NCBI GenBank assembly: GCA_963575745.1
Contig: CAUYUJ010000270.1
Coordinates: forward strand, 124,001-188,000
Origin: Prorocentrum cordatum
Lineage: Eukaryota
Length of the DNA: 64,000 nt
Direction: 5' to 3'
Shown piece after piece: positions 24,201 to 38,720 of the stretch. A program made the position numbers and the translations under genes. The notes under the pieces were generated by a model. It saw only the letters and a list, made by a program, of their open reading frames with translations, ran no database searches and was not told the DNA's origin. Every line of letters begins with the position of its first letter. Position 1 is the first letter of the stretch.

Positions 24201-27173
24201 CCACTGCGACGTGCCTTCGTCCTCACTGCCTCTTTCGTTTGAGTTGTTCTTGTCTCAAGGGTCCCGAACACAGCCGTAAGGCTTGTGCGGTAAGATCAAA
24301 CAAGTCGACATACCACACGTTATAAACATGTGCTTCCATGCTGCCAAGCAAGACGGGAGCACGACACTGGCCAGCCTGCCAGCTTTTGTAGCGTTCCCAG
24401 CTTGCCTGACAGCGCGAAAGACGGACAAACAGAGAGGCTCGTGGGGAGGCGGGGAACCCGCCATCCCCAGCAGAGCGCCATGCCGAGCCTGACAACAAAC
24501 CGTGGCACGGGCAACACATATCATTAACGTGCGGCTTGCGGATTTCGCAAGACCAGGGAGCGAAGGGCCGAGAGGGAAGGTCAGGAAGAGACCCTCTCTG
24601 GGAGAGAAACATCGAAACATACATCACTGATAGATCGGCGGCATGCCCTCGATAGCGAAACCGCACGTTCCTAGGCCGGGTGGGCTGTCGGGCCACGATC
24701 GGCGATCCATGAGCGACTGGCGGCCGATGCCTCCCCCCTATGATCTGACCCCCCTCTGAAACTGCACCCGAAGCCCCCCCCCCCACCCCCCCTGGGCCGC
24801 CTTCGCCACCAACGCGGGTGGCAGAACCTGGGCGGGCCCGCGGCGCACGCGCGCCCTCTGAGGGAATGGAGGGGCGGCAGGAGGGGCAGCAGCAGAGGGG
24901 GGAAGACCTAAACTCGAGGATCGAAGTCCGAGGATCGCAGTTTTTTTGTCTCTCTCTCTCTCTATCTTTCTCTGTCTCTCGCTCCCAGTCTATTGTTTCC
25001 TCCATGTGCCTGTAAGCGCACATAAATGCACATGTGCAAATAGATGCATATATGAATGGGCGACGTGTGGGAATTGAAATTATTGATATTGTCACCCCGT
25101 GCGAATGAGTGCGATTTATATACAGGTGTGAAGTTCGAGGCCATGTGCGTACATGCTACACGTTAACACTGTTCTTTTGTCCGAGTGCTCACCCAACTGG
25201 CCCAATTCGAGAGGTCCCCAGGCTCACGCACCTGCTGTTTGACCATCGGACCCCGAAGGTGTCCGACAGGTGGGGATCGGGTTGGCAGAGAGAGGGCCCC
25301 CATCAAGCCAGAGCCAGCTGAGGCGGATCGCGAAGAAGGCCCAAACCAGCACCCGCCCACACGGGACAAACCTCGTTCTACGTCGCAAAACGAAGAGACC
25401 GGAGGCGGAGGCGGAGCAGTCGAAGACGCAATTCTGATTTTTTGAATCAGCAATCAGAACCTCCGACAGACACAACTGGCAAGGCTCCTGCCCGCTGTCG
25501 AGGCGTACTCATTCCGGCCGCTCCCCTCAGCGAATCCCGAAGGCAATACGCACAAGAAGAAGTGGCTTGGTTCAATCTGAGCCACAACCACCAAAACAAC
25601 ACAGACTTGCACACGAATAACCCATCCACCCCCAACTGAAGTTGATCGCGCTGCTCGTCCTGTTAGCCATGAAATGGCACGCTGTCCTCTACGCACGCGG
25701 CTCCTTGCCGCCCCCCATGTTGATTACCTGTACGCCTCTCGGCGCCCTCCCCGGCTTGAGCTGGAAGCCCACAAAACTGGGGGCCCAACTCGCGCAGAAT
25801 GGAATATAACGCTGCGTGAACCTCTATCACATTGCCTTTCGTCTGCTGGACCTCTGGGAGCTCGGACGGAGTCTTCTTCGGACCGCCCGTGTTTCTGCCG
25901 TTCCTCTGTCCTCGTCCACGGCCTTTCTCTTTTTCGCGATCTCCCACGGTGCTTCCGGGACGGCCACGAGCGCCTTTGCCCCTCGGTTGTCTTAGGGCCC
26001 ATCGCCTGGCCTTCCGCCTGGAACGCGACGCGGTAAACCTCGCTGTCGCGCGACGGAGAATCCGCGCCATCCTTGTTCCGCACCCCTGCCGCCCCCATGC
26101 CATTGTCGTGACGTTTCGCGATAATCAAAGGCTAATCAAAGACTTGCGCTGCGACGTGCTCACTTTAAGCCAGTTAGTTCTCTAAGACGCGCAAAAACAC
26201 CCCGCAACGGAATTACTTTGGCGGCCCTCGCAGCCGGGCGCTGCCCTCTGCCCTGACCGTTTCGAAAAGATCTGCGCGTGCCTTCGGCTCCGCCTGCGCG
26301 GCGCCCGCGGACTTGTCTCTGGACGCCGCAAGTTGCGCGTGGTACTCGAGCGTTCGCACTGGCCTCGGGTAACTTGAGGATGCGATGAGAGACTGAATCG
26401 GCCAGGTCGGCGTTCGCCTTGGGCATGGCGCCCCTGCCCTCGATGGCCCCGCTCCCGTTTCCCGCCCGCGGGCGGAACCAGCCGCGACGCACCTGGGCCT
26501 GGAGCGAACGCGAGGCGCGGATTGCTTCCCTTCATGGATCCTGAACACACCCAGTAAATGCTCGCCCAAAACACGGCCGCGGAAACTTTCCACACCATCG
26601 GCCCCGCACTGACCCGTCGGACACGAGCTGCTGCACTGGACTACGGCGCCGTCGTTGAGCACCACCCGCCCCCCTCCCAACCTGGCCCCGGCGCAGCACA
26701 TTTGAAGGGCCATCCTGGCTCGCTGACGTTAGCCTGTTGCATGTGCTCGTCGATGTGCGCGTTGACATTGGAGTTTGAACACCGCGCGCCAAAATTGGGG
26801 ACGCCCGCGCATCCCCCTGGAGCTGCCCAAACCAGGCCCCCGACCCGCGAGGCTCCTAGAGACGGCGCCTAGAAACTAAAACCGAATCTCCTGGCCAGCT
26901 CAGACAAAGTTCCAGCCGCTCTAACCGGCGCCCCCCCCTTGTCGACACTTGTGCAGACTCCATGCGCGGCGCGCAACACTCCGGCAGCGCGCGCGCTTCC
27001 CCATGCATCGCCACTGAGAACGCGCAACGCTGCGGAGCAAGACGCGATCGCGCCCAAACAGCACGCAATCAAATCATGGGCCCCCAGTCAGAAGCGACTG
27101 AGACTCGAAGCGCGGCTCCACGGCGTGCGACGACGACGACGACGAAGACGACTACCTGATCGGGGCGCAGGCG

Positions 27174-28200
27174 GTGGACTCCGACGACGAGCCCACGCCG
27201 CGGCTTGTCTTCGCGGAGCTGGCGAAACAGCAGAAGGCCCTGCAGCGCGCGGCCACCGACCTGGCAGGTGCTATCCGGAGCTCGCCGCGAGGGCCTCCGT
27301 TGGGCACCCAGACGTCGCGGCCACGTTCGAGCGGTTCGGATCGAGCCTCGGAAGCGGGGCCGCCCAGCCCCGAGGTGGGCCGTCCAGCCGGCGGGGGCGA
27401 GGACCAGCCCGCGCCATCACAGATCGACGATTTCATTGCGAAGCTGCACGAGCACGAGGCGACGGTGAGGCAGGACTCGAACCGCGCGACGATCGGGTCG
27501 GATTCGCGACCGAGCTCTCTCGACAACGCAGGACCCCGGGAGCAAGTCGGCCCGCGGGGCGAAGAGCTGCACGACCGCATCCAGCTGTTGAGGGACGAGA
27601 GCCGCACCCCTCGCGATGGACTTCTGGCTGCCCTCGAGAACTCAAGCCTGCAAGGACGGCCCCCCCGCCCGGGGGATCAAGGCGAGGGTCGCGCCCGCGG
27701 TCCTGCGCAAGCTCTACCGCTCAGGCCGCGCGGCCGTTTGTGGAGCTGGGCGAGTGGTTGAGGTCCGAGGAGCTTCAGCGGGAGAGCGTCAGCAGCGAGG
27801 TGACGATGCTGACGATGGAACTCGACCGCGCAATGGCGGAGGGGGCCCGCGACCAGCTCGTCAAAAGTCCCGCGGCTGAGCTCGCGTGCCTCAGGCTGTG
27901 CGCCATGTGAAAAGCTTGCGAGGACGTGAAGTGCTTGATTGACTGGGGCAGCAGAGCGGGGCCAAGCGGCGGTCCAAGGTCGACTGGGCGCTAGCCGCCG
28001 AGTACCTGAAGGTGGACGCGGATCACGAGGTCACCAATTAGAGGGCCGACGGCGAGGTGACATGGAGGCCGAAGAGGAGGGCGACCATCGCGGAGCACTT
28101 GCAGAGCGCCATGGACGGGAGCGCGGCCGGCGCAGGGCACGAATAGGCGACGACCAGGGGCCCCGCGGCAAGTCCCGGCCAAGCGCGCGCTCAAGGCGTA
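27174..28200 (+). pseudogene. DIRS gag-like ORF remnant
   Basis: ORF 27174..27761 shifts into ...EWLRSEELQ...LDRAMAEG...ELACLRLCAM*KACEDV...DW, located upstream of RT. Confidence 0.5.
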
Positions 28201-28947
28201 GCGCTGGTGGTGAAGGCTGATTTTTGGGTGCATCGCTGCCTTTCAGTCTCCAGGGAGGTCGCGATCGTTCGAGGGCGCGGGCTGGTGCATGGCCACGATC
28301 CCGCGGGTCTTCCACTCCGGGGGGGGGCCGACTTCTCCTGGCCGGAGCGCGACATCGTCGAGCACGGCCTAGACTACAACGACACTTTTTCCTGTGTCGA
28401 GGTGCAGGGCACCGGGTGGTTCCCCGTCCTGGTGATGATGGGCGAGCGGGAGCGCGGTCCTTCGCGAACGCTACCCCTGCTGCCCCACCCGCTGTCTGCC
28501 CGGCCTTCGTCCGCGGGCTTGGGCGAGAAGCAGCTGCAGCAGATGCTCGCAAGAGTTCAATGGGCGACGGAGGCCACTCATGGCTTGGTAGCGGGGCACA
28601 CGAGGCAGGAGACGCTGATCCTGGCAAGGGCGAGGGGCTGGCGGGAGCGGAAGACTGCGCCCCCCTTGCAGACGGTCATCACCAACGATTCTTGGCACAG
28701 GCACGCCATGTCGGGGTGCTGGGGGGCCATCGATCGACGATGGCCGGGCGGTGATCTGCCGCCTGGGTGGAGAGGGAGCGTTGGCTCACCTAAAGGTGAG
28801 GCTACCAGCGCAAAGAGCCTGGCCAAGGGGGACATGCGCCCGCTGGTCGCGGAGCAGGTCTCGTTGTCGCCTCCAAGCACGAAAGGACTAAAAATCAAGA
28901 CGCCCCCGCAGACGGCGGGGGTCCACCTCCAGGACTGAGCGAACGAG

Positions 28948-30060
28948 ATGATCAGGGAGGTGGGCCAGGTCGACTGGGAGCGCCGCGCGATCGCCAAGAG
29001 CAACGCCGACCCGGGCTGGCGGCGGACGGACAACAGACTCGAGCTCGCGCTGCGAATGCTTCGCTCGGGCACGATTGGCAGCGCCAAGAACGTCCGCGAG
29101 CGCGCCGGGGATTTCACCGTCATCAAGAACATGCACTCGATAAGCACAATCGCGGAGAAGAGTCGGCTAGTCTTGGACCGCACGCGCGTGAACCTGCCGT
29201 TCAAGGACCCACCGCGGGCGCCTCTTGGCAGCCCCGCGCCCCTTGGTGGAGCTGGACAAGTCACTCCTACAGGGGCGGCGGCTCTTCTCCTTCCAGGGCG
29301 ACGTCCCCGACCGGTTATACCTGCTACGGCGGCCGCGATGCTTGGTGGGATATGTTGCACTGCCCGAAAGCGACGCCGCTGCGCATCTACGGGTGCGCCA
29401 TCTCGCTCGGGGTCGCTATGCCGAAGCCCAAGCCCGACGATGCTGGACTTAGGGCCATGCCCCCCCTGATGGGGTCAAGCTGGGCGGTCGTCTTGGCGCG
29501 CAGCTGTCTGCCGGGCGCCATCGAGAGCTTGGAGGGCATCAAAGCGCAGATCATCTACGGGAGACCGACCCCATCCTTCGGGCAGGTTCAATTGCTACTG
29601 ATGTACATCGACGTCTACATCGGGCTGAAGCTGCGCGACGAGACAGGGGACGAGATGACCATCGACAGGGACACGGTGAAGGAGCACCTCGAGAGGCAGG
29701 GGCCGCCATGCACAAGGAGGACAGGGGCGAAGACCTAGCGAGGGGCCTGGGCCCGCGCATTGGCCCGAGGCCTTGCCGCCTTCGAGTGGCCCAAGAAAAA
29801 AGGCAGACATGGTGCTCGCGACCGAGGCGGTGGCCATCATGGGGCGAGCGCCGCCAGCCGCCCTCAGCAGCCTGCTCGGCGCGTGGACGCGGGCGATCAT
29901 GGCCACCGGGGCCGCCTTCTCCAACCTTGAGGCGAGCTGCCACTGGGCGAACAGCGCCGCGAAGCAAGCCGCGGAGGCACGGCGGCCGCTGGGCGAGCAG
30001 ACGAGAGGCGAGCCACAGGCGCTGGCGTCGCTGCGCGCGCACCTGCAGGCGGACTTGGAG
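28948..30060 (+). pseudogene. DIRS-type reverse transcriptase remnant
   Basis: FTVIK...SRLVLDRTRVN.PF..PP, GDVPDRLY, PLMGSSWAV, LMYIDV (YIDD equivalent at 29604-29615). Confidence 0.85.
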
Positions 30061-30079
30061 GCCCCGTGGCCGGCGAAGG

Positions 30080-31720
30080 TCTACATGGCGGACGCGTCGG
30101 AACAGGCGCTCGCAGCGGTCGTGGCGGAGGCCGACGTTCGCGAGATCAGGACCGAGACCAGTCGAGGGGCGCTGCAGTCGTGGACGACCCAGGCGGCGCG
30201 CGCCCGCGCCGACGCGGTGCTCGAGGCGGGGCCCAGCCTGACGAGGACGACAACCTGATCTCACCAGAAATGGGACGGCCGGGCTTCCTGGAGCTGTTCG
30301 CGGGCAGCGAGAGGCGTCCACAAGCCATCCTGGCGATGACCTGCTCGTGGGGGTAGGCATGGGACATCATGATGGGCGAAAGGTTAGGCTCGCTCCGCGT
30401 CTCCAACCTCGAAAAGCTCTTCTGGCGTCCGCGGTGGCGGTTGGTGGTGGTGGATGCAAACCCCTCCGTGCTCGACCCTTCCGCGAGCTCGCCAAACCCC
30501 CTCAGGGCGGTCGAGCACCCATGGGGACTACCAAGGCTGGGGCAGGGCGACGCGGACAAAGCTCTCGGCGATGGCCGAGGTCATTATGCGCGAATGATGT
30601 CGGATCTCCGTGCCGAGCCTCGAAATTCCACAAGGCCACCTGGCATCGACGAGCGCCAATTGCGTCGACGCGCCCACTTGCGAGACCAATGAAGAAGCGC
30701 GCGCCCCCCCACTCGAGCCACAGGGGCCGACGAGAAGACTCGGCGGCCAATTCTAAGGGCGCCGAGGAAAACCAGACGGGGCACGGCGCATAGTTCTAGT
30801 TCTCGAGGAAGAACAACAACTATGCACCGTGCCGCCGGGAGACCTACACATGTCAAGGCCTCTCGGAGGATTCCTTCTGATCCTTCATCCGCGGACCCGC
30901 TGGGCCTCGCGACGATTTCCAAAGGCGTGGGCGCGGGCCCGTGTCAGTCCACAAACCCTGCACCAAAATCATGCGCAAATCTGCAAGTCTGAAAACTGCA
31001 CCAGGGAAGTGGCCACGGTGCGGCGCATGTAGATCGTCTGCGGACAACAGGCTCAATTTCGACTACTGTCAGTGCGGCGAAGAGTTGGAGAAGGCCGCGA
31101 CCCTGGCCGCGAACTGCATGGCTCTGCAGCGGCCGGAGCCGCGGTTCCAGGGCAGCCGAGGACTGTGCTCAAGGATGGGCACTGGCGCCGCGAGCTGAGG
31201 GGCAACGCGCCAGACTGGGCTAAGTCGACGAAGGTCGCCTGCCCGTGCCCCATCCTGTTCTGCGAAGAGCACGCCCGTGTCGCGAAGGAGATGGAGCCGA
31301 GCTGGGGGCGGGCGCCAACTGCAGCGCAGGCGCGACTCCGACGCGGACTGTCGAGGGCGGCGAAGGCCAGAGCCCAGCAGTTGCCCTCGCGGGAGACCTG
31401 TCTCAACGAGCAGGGGTGGCACGTGGCGCCCCAGGGCCGCTGGCAGCGGGAGGCGCGCGACAGCGTGCCGGAGCTGAGGGCGATCGCCTCGCTGCTTCGA
31501 CCCCTCTCGACAACGCGTTGCGGGCGCGGGGGTCCAGGGTGCAAATCATGACCGACACCTCAGCGAGCCTGGGCGTCTTGGCGAAGGGCGCGAGCTCAGC
31601 GCGAGCTCTTTCGCATCTGGCACGGGCGGCTTGAGCGGCGCAGTTGGCGCGCCGTCTGAGGCCCGACTTCCGGCGGGCCCCCTCAGAGGTCAACGTGGCC
31701 GACGGGCCGTCGCGGGGCGT
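30080..31720 (+). pseudogene. DIRS RNase H split by a C5 methyltransferase-like domain (~30280-31150)
   Basis: MADAS (30091) precedes FLELFAG (30285). The remaining RNase H motifs VPELRA (~31470), MTDT (~31550), KGASS and SEVNVADGPSR (~31683-31715) follow the methyltransferase remnant. Confidence 0.75.
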
Positions 31721-31939
31721 CGGCCTAGGAGCAGCGGCAGAAACAAGGGCTGGTCGAAGTGCGAGATATACTCCGAAGCGCCTCCTCCGCTGGCTTCGAG
31801 TGCTACGACGACGAGGGGCCGCTGGGCCTTCACGCGGGTCACCCTGGTCGCCGGGGCGCAGCGGGCGGCGGCCACGAGTTTGAGGGCTCCGCCGCTAAAG
31901 GAGCGGGGGGGCCTAGCGTGAAAGGTAGCGCCCACCGCC

Positions 31940-32876
31940 CCCCCATGAAGCACTACAACAGGCTCGTGACCCGCGCGCCGGACGGCGGCGCGCCAATGCG
32001 TTGTGCGAGAGGTCGGTGAAGGAGCGCCTGGTGGACGCGAGGCGCGGCGCCCGCCCCTTCGGCAGCGCGGCGGAGCGCGACGAGACGCTGGCGGGCTACA
32101 TCGCGGATTTGTGCTACGTGCAGCATGCCAGCTACGCAAAGGCCAGTTACCTGTTCAACGGGGTCATGCTGCGCATCTTCGAGGACCACAGGAACCGCTT
32201 GCCTGTCTCGGCAAGGGCGCTCAATAGCTGGGGGCCGCATGGGTTTGGCCGGCGAGGGCGAACCCACCCCGATGGAGGCCATGGGAGTGATCATCCAGGC
32301 CTTCTTCGGACGCGGCCAGATCATCGAAAGCTCGGCCGCGCTCACCCAGCTGGGCGGGCGGCAGCGGGAGCAGGACTGGGGCCAGCTGCGCGAGGGGCGC
32401 GTGAGTCTGAGTGCGGATGCAGAGGGGCGGACGGCGCTGATTCTTGGGCGCCGATGGGCGAGGCGAGAGACGGGGTCCGACTAGGGAGTCGAGCTCAAGA
32501 TGAAGGTCACCTGCGCGTCCCTGGAGGCATTGACTTCAACGGTCGCGGACGACGAACTGGCGCTGCCCGGCCCGTGGCGAAGGGCAGCTCCAGGAGGTCC
32601 TGGGCAAAACTGCCGGAGGAGCTGGGCCTCGATCGCACGGGCCCGCCCCGTGGCATCCGCCACGCGGCCGCGGCCGACTTCGCGGCGTCAGGCGGAGGGC
32701 TCGAGGAAGCTCGCAGGCGCGGGCGCCGGAAGACGCCGGCAGCCCTCAGCAGGCATAGGCGCCGAGCGGAGCTACAGCAGCACGTGATGACCATGGGCCA
32801 CCAGTTCTGGCGGGAGCCCGCGAAGCAGCTTCGCCGCGCGCGGAGACCTCCGACAAGAGCACCAACCCCATCGTGA
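31940..32876 (+). pseudogene. Tyrosine recombinase remnant
   Basis: LAGYIADL...ASYL, LPVSARALNSW, QREQDW..LR, PRGIRHAAA (HxxRH-like), RRGRRK...SRH (RGRW...RY-like). Confidence 0.75.
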
Positions 32877-33217
32877 AGGCCATGATCTAGCGCCTCGCCC
32901 TCGTCACTAACGACCGCGTGGCATGCTGCGGCACGGCGATCGCCGTGTCTGAGCCCGCGGGCAGGCCCTCGAACTTTCACCGGGTACGAGCTCGCCGCAG
33001 GACGTGAGCCGTGCTGCTGCTGCTGCCGCCTCCTCTTTCCTCTCCTCACGCTTCAGTCAGAAAATCCGTTTCTGGTGTGGGAGGGCTGGCCATCAGGGGT
33101 GTGGTCAAATGGGTGTTTCATTCAAGCTCCCTCCCGTCCCCTCCTTCTGTGGAAGCAGGCTGCAGGCCCATTTAGGGTCAGAGTCTACCATGCGGCAAGT
33201 GTGGACTGGCTTTCACG

Positions 33218-33791
33218 ATAACTTTAGTGAACGCAAGCTCCGTGGCACAGGTTACGGGCACTGCAGGAACTGTGCCGCTGGCCGGTCGCGACAGGGTTCG
33301 TGATTTCGATCGACTACAAAAGGCGCGGTGCCCCAGCTGGTGTCGTGAAAATATGTTCGATCGCGCTGTCTTCAAGACTCCTTTGGGGGATTTCCGCCCG
33401 ACCCCTTCTTGTGGTTGGCCCCTCCCCGTAAGCAGTACTACTTACATACCAAAAACACGTTTTTCGACGAACTTTGTTGTGTGTAGTTTTGGGGGTCGGG
33501 GCCGCCTGTGGTGCTCCTCCGCGTGAGTTGGCCCTACATCCCTCGGCCGGAATTTGCCCAAAATCCCGCTGGCGCTTTTGCGTTGCACTCGTGTATGTCC
33601 ATGCGCATAGCATTTTCGGTCCCCGACCCCCCGCCGCTCAAGGGAAACTTACAATAACTCTGATAAATGCGAGATCCGTGGCACAGGTCGCGGGGACTGC
33701 ATGCACCAGCTTGTATTTGGCCCTCGTCTGTCGCGACAGGTTTCGCGACTTCGATTGCAAGGGCGCGGTGCCCTGCTGATGTCGTGAAAAA
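33218..33791. repeat. Diverged ~135-bp direct repeat (33218-33352 and 33655-33791)
   Basis: Shared taact...tccgtggcacaggt...gtcgcgacagg.ttcg.ga.ttcgat...ggcgcggtgccc...tgtcgtgaaaa. Confidence 0.75.
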
Positions 33792-33882
33792 TCTTCGACG
33801 CTCTGTCTCCGAATTCGGAGCATGCGCAGCCAACCCGATGCGGCCTCCCCCCACCATCCCTGTCAACAATAGAAAGTACACT

Positions 33883-33911
33883 TGGCGGCGGCGGCGGCTG
33901 CGGCTGCTGCG

Positions 33912-33958
<47 letters not shown>

Positions 33959-34180
33959 GGCGGGGGCAGCGGCGTTGGCGGCGGCTGCGGCGGCGGCGGC
34001 GGTGGCGCGGTGGCGGTGGCGGCTGCGGCTGCGGCGGCAGCGGCTGCGGCGGCGGCGATTTGGCAGCGGGGGCGGCGGCGGCGGCGGGGGCGGCGGCGGC
34101 GCGGCGGCGGGGCGACGGCGGCGGCGGCGGCGACGGCGGCGGCGGCGGCGGCGGCGCGGCGGCGGCGGCGGCGGCGGGCA

Positions 34181-34214
<34 letters not shown>
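33883..34214. repeat. (GGC)n microsatellite
   Basis: Directly visible. Confidence 0.97.
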
Positions 34215-34814
34215 ATTGGCCCCCGGTAGCTGCCCATCCATAGACGACTGCTGAATATGCTGAGGCTCGGGGCAGACTCGGGTGCTACGTATGTGTTGGG
34301 AGGGCGGGTGGGAGTGAGCGAGACGGCTTACGGGCGGGGAGGGAGTCTTGACCCCTCCCCGTACCCCCTCCACTGGACCTGGACGGGGCGCCCCGCGACC
34401 GATTAGAGCGCCCAAGAAGGCATCGGCTAGAAAACACAAATCATTGATTTTACGTAAAGTGTGGGCCCATGTTGGTCTCCTAGGGGGCGACCCTAACTGA
34501 GGACCCCCCCTATTTGATCGAGTTCCTCCAAGGTGGTCCCAAGATGGCCGCCGAGGCTCCCAAGAGCGCCCAAGGGTCCCAAGAGGCGCCCAAGAGGCCC
34601 CAAGAGGCCCCTAAGACGTCCCCGACAGGTTCTCAAGAGACCCCAAGAGGCCTCAAGAGGCTCATCCGAGACACCCAAGATGGTCCAATAGGCTCCTCGG
34701 AACGCCAAGAGACCCCAAGACGCCCTAATATAACCCCACGGCGCACTCGAGAGGCATCCGAAGAAACTCGGGGGGGGGGCCCAAGAAGCCTCTGGCATGT
34801 CGGATCGCATTCAC

Positions 34815-36120
<1,306 letters not shown>

Positions 36121-38720
36121 TCGGGTGTGACTGGCGTCCCAGCCCTGCATTCCACTGCATGCTCCTCCACATCCCTGATCAGGGCAACTCGCCTGGGTAG
36201 GGTTTTTGGATGGGCTGGTGGGCTTGCGCGAAACGTCTAGAATATATCCACGTCCACCGTCAGCTGGGGCCTCAGGACATCGTTTCCTGGGGGCGGTGGA
36301 TTGGGGGCGCGCCCGATGGGGTGGCACGAGGGGGGGGGGCCTTGTAAAACGCTCGCGCTACCCCACTGGGCGCGCCGCCCAATCGATATGGATTAATATC
36401 AGCATCGTCTTGGGGGACAGGCACTCTGGACCGCCCGCGCCCGCGCACGCCCGCCGGCACGCCCGCCGCCCCGAAGCGGCGGCCGCTCCACGGCGACGGC
36501 GCCCGACGACGACGGCGGCGTCGACGACGACGACGAGGCCACCGCTGGCGGCGACGACGGGAGCGCCGCGGTAGGGCCGCTCCTGCAGGCCGCCGCCCTT
36601 GTACTGGGCGAGCCTGGGCGCCGCGGATTGGCGCGCGCGCGTCCAGCACGCCTCCACGGCAGCGGCTCGTGCCCTTCCGGCCTGGCCTTGAAGGTATACG
36701 TTCGCCGATCCTGGGGCAGGAGGCTCGCCTGGCCAAGCTCGGTGTGGGCTCCCTGTTGGCGCCCTTCCGGGGAGGGGGAATGGAGGACCGCAACGCCGTA
36801 CGAGAGACGTCGTCTCTACCACAAGCGTGCCACGGCATGCCATCGCATACAACTATCATCGCACACCATTCCAAAAACATCGCACGGACGTGCTAACGCA
36901 TAACAGGAACTGGCATGGCGGGCATGGCTGGCATGGCTGGCTGGGCTGGCAGCGCTGGCAGGGGGGGGGGGGCGGGGAGGGACGGGCGAAGGAGAGGAGG
37001 GGAACTGGGGGGGCAGAAGGGGAGGAGAGGGCGAGGAGGTGGGGGGAACCGCAAGGGGGGGGAAAGGTGGGTGTCCCAATGCGTCGGGCGTTCCACGGGA
37101 GGCTTTCACCACACCAGTCTGTATCTTGGTGGCCATCCAAGTGTTGTTGCGCTTGTGAGCATCACTTGCAGCAGTGAATGTGTGAGCGGCCAAACTCGAC
37201 TAGCTTCAACCAACGAGCATCATGATGCTAGCCAACGCAAGCTCCGAACAACATGCACTTGCACTCGCGGTGTGCAACATTTATGCCATTTATGCTACAA
37301 CATGTGCAAAGGCACCCAAAAGGCTGTTATCAATGCGGCCAAATTCACATGACACTATTGGAGTCCAAACGTCGTGCCACATCTTATCAATCCACCCGCA
37401 ACTTTTTGGCACAACTCAACTTGGCGACGGTAGCGATGACGATAGTGATGTCCATGGAACGTTGTCGACAACGACGAAGGTGGTGGAGCTGATGGTTGTG
37501 GTAATGATAGTGGCAATGATTACGTTGGTGATGCAAATGATGACGGTGCGGGCATGGATGATAAAATGCTCGAGCTGAAGCTTGACACGGGCAACTGCAT
37601 CGACGATGACAATGATGACGGCGGTGGTGATGATGACGACGATGATGACCATGATGACGACGATGGAAACGGCAATAAAGGCGCTGGTGGTGATGAGAAC
37701 GGTTGTAGTGATGAAGATGGTGATGGCGCGCGCGCTCGCATACGTTCAGCATTTCGGACACGTTGTATTGAAAATCATTGAACCATCGTACGTGTATTAA
37801 TACTTCTGTTGGAATGCTGAGACCTCCAATGGCCGCGAAACAGCCAACGCTGCGACTGCCGCGAGGGGCCCGAATGCCAGAAGGCGCGTTCGTAAACAAC
37901 GGATGCTAGAAATGGTCAGGATTATCCAAAGAATTCGAGAAAGTTGCCGTGTTGTGCTGCGGCGTGCCCGCGCGCCGTGCCGTGCCACGCTTGGCCCCGA
38001 GAATTTGAAGAAACAACTAGTGCCGTGCCTTGGTTTGCCCGCGTGGCGTGCCGTGCCGGGCTTAGTTTCAAGAACTCATTCATTCATTCACAGCATTGGT
38101 GCAAATCGTTCGAGTGAGCACATCTCGCTGAGAAAAAAGAATGCAACCCAGATATCTGATCAGCGGTGCGATGTCCCTGCCCTTCTGGCGGTCCAAGAGC
38201 CCCCACTCCTTGCGGGTGGACTCGTAGCCGACAGACGCGCAAGCGTCCCAGCCTGAGTCCCACGCCATCCGACATATAGGGATGGTCGCGGGAGCCCGAG
38301 TGCAGGGCCGAAAACGGGCCGAAGGAGGTAGACCATCCGAGTCTCTTACACTGCTGCAGAGCCTCTAAGCTCTCGAAACAGATCGACGCACACGACATGC
38401 GAAGGTGAAGCTATGAAAGTCAGCCGTATTCCGAGGTCGTACGCGGGTCGAGTCTAACTTATGCAGAAAAGATACCACGAGAGAGAAAGAGAGAGAGAGA
38501 GAGAGAAACGAACGGAAGGAGGAAGAGGGCAAGAGGAAGAGGGCGAGACGCGAGAACAGGGGGGAGAGGAAGAAGAGGGGAGGAAAAGAAGCCTCCTGCT
38601 GCGGTGCCTCATTTGCGGCGCCCTGTGACCTGCGCGGGCGCGTCTAGGTTGAAGCCAGCGGTTCGCACGGATGTGTCGAACAGAAGCCAGAGAAGCCAGA
38701 TTAGTCCTTTGCCGCCAAGC

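Larger units (their letters stand above)
27170..33060 (+). mobile_element. Degenerate DIRS-type (tyrosine recombinase) retrotransposon carrying a DNA methyltransferase
   Basis: Gag-like, RT, RNase H, methyltransferase and YR remnants in order on the + strand, with many frameshifts and stops. Termini not resolved. Confidence 0.85.

Noticed and set aside
33534..34439. Pro/Ala/Arg-rich ORFs
   Set aside because: Translations of the (GGC)n microsatellite.
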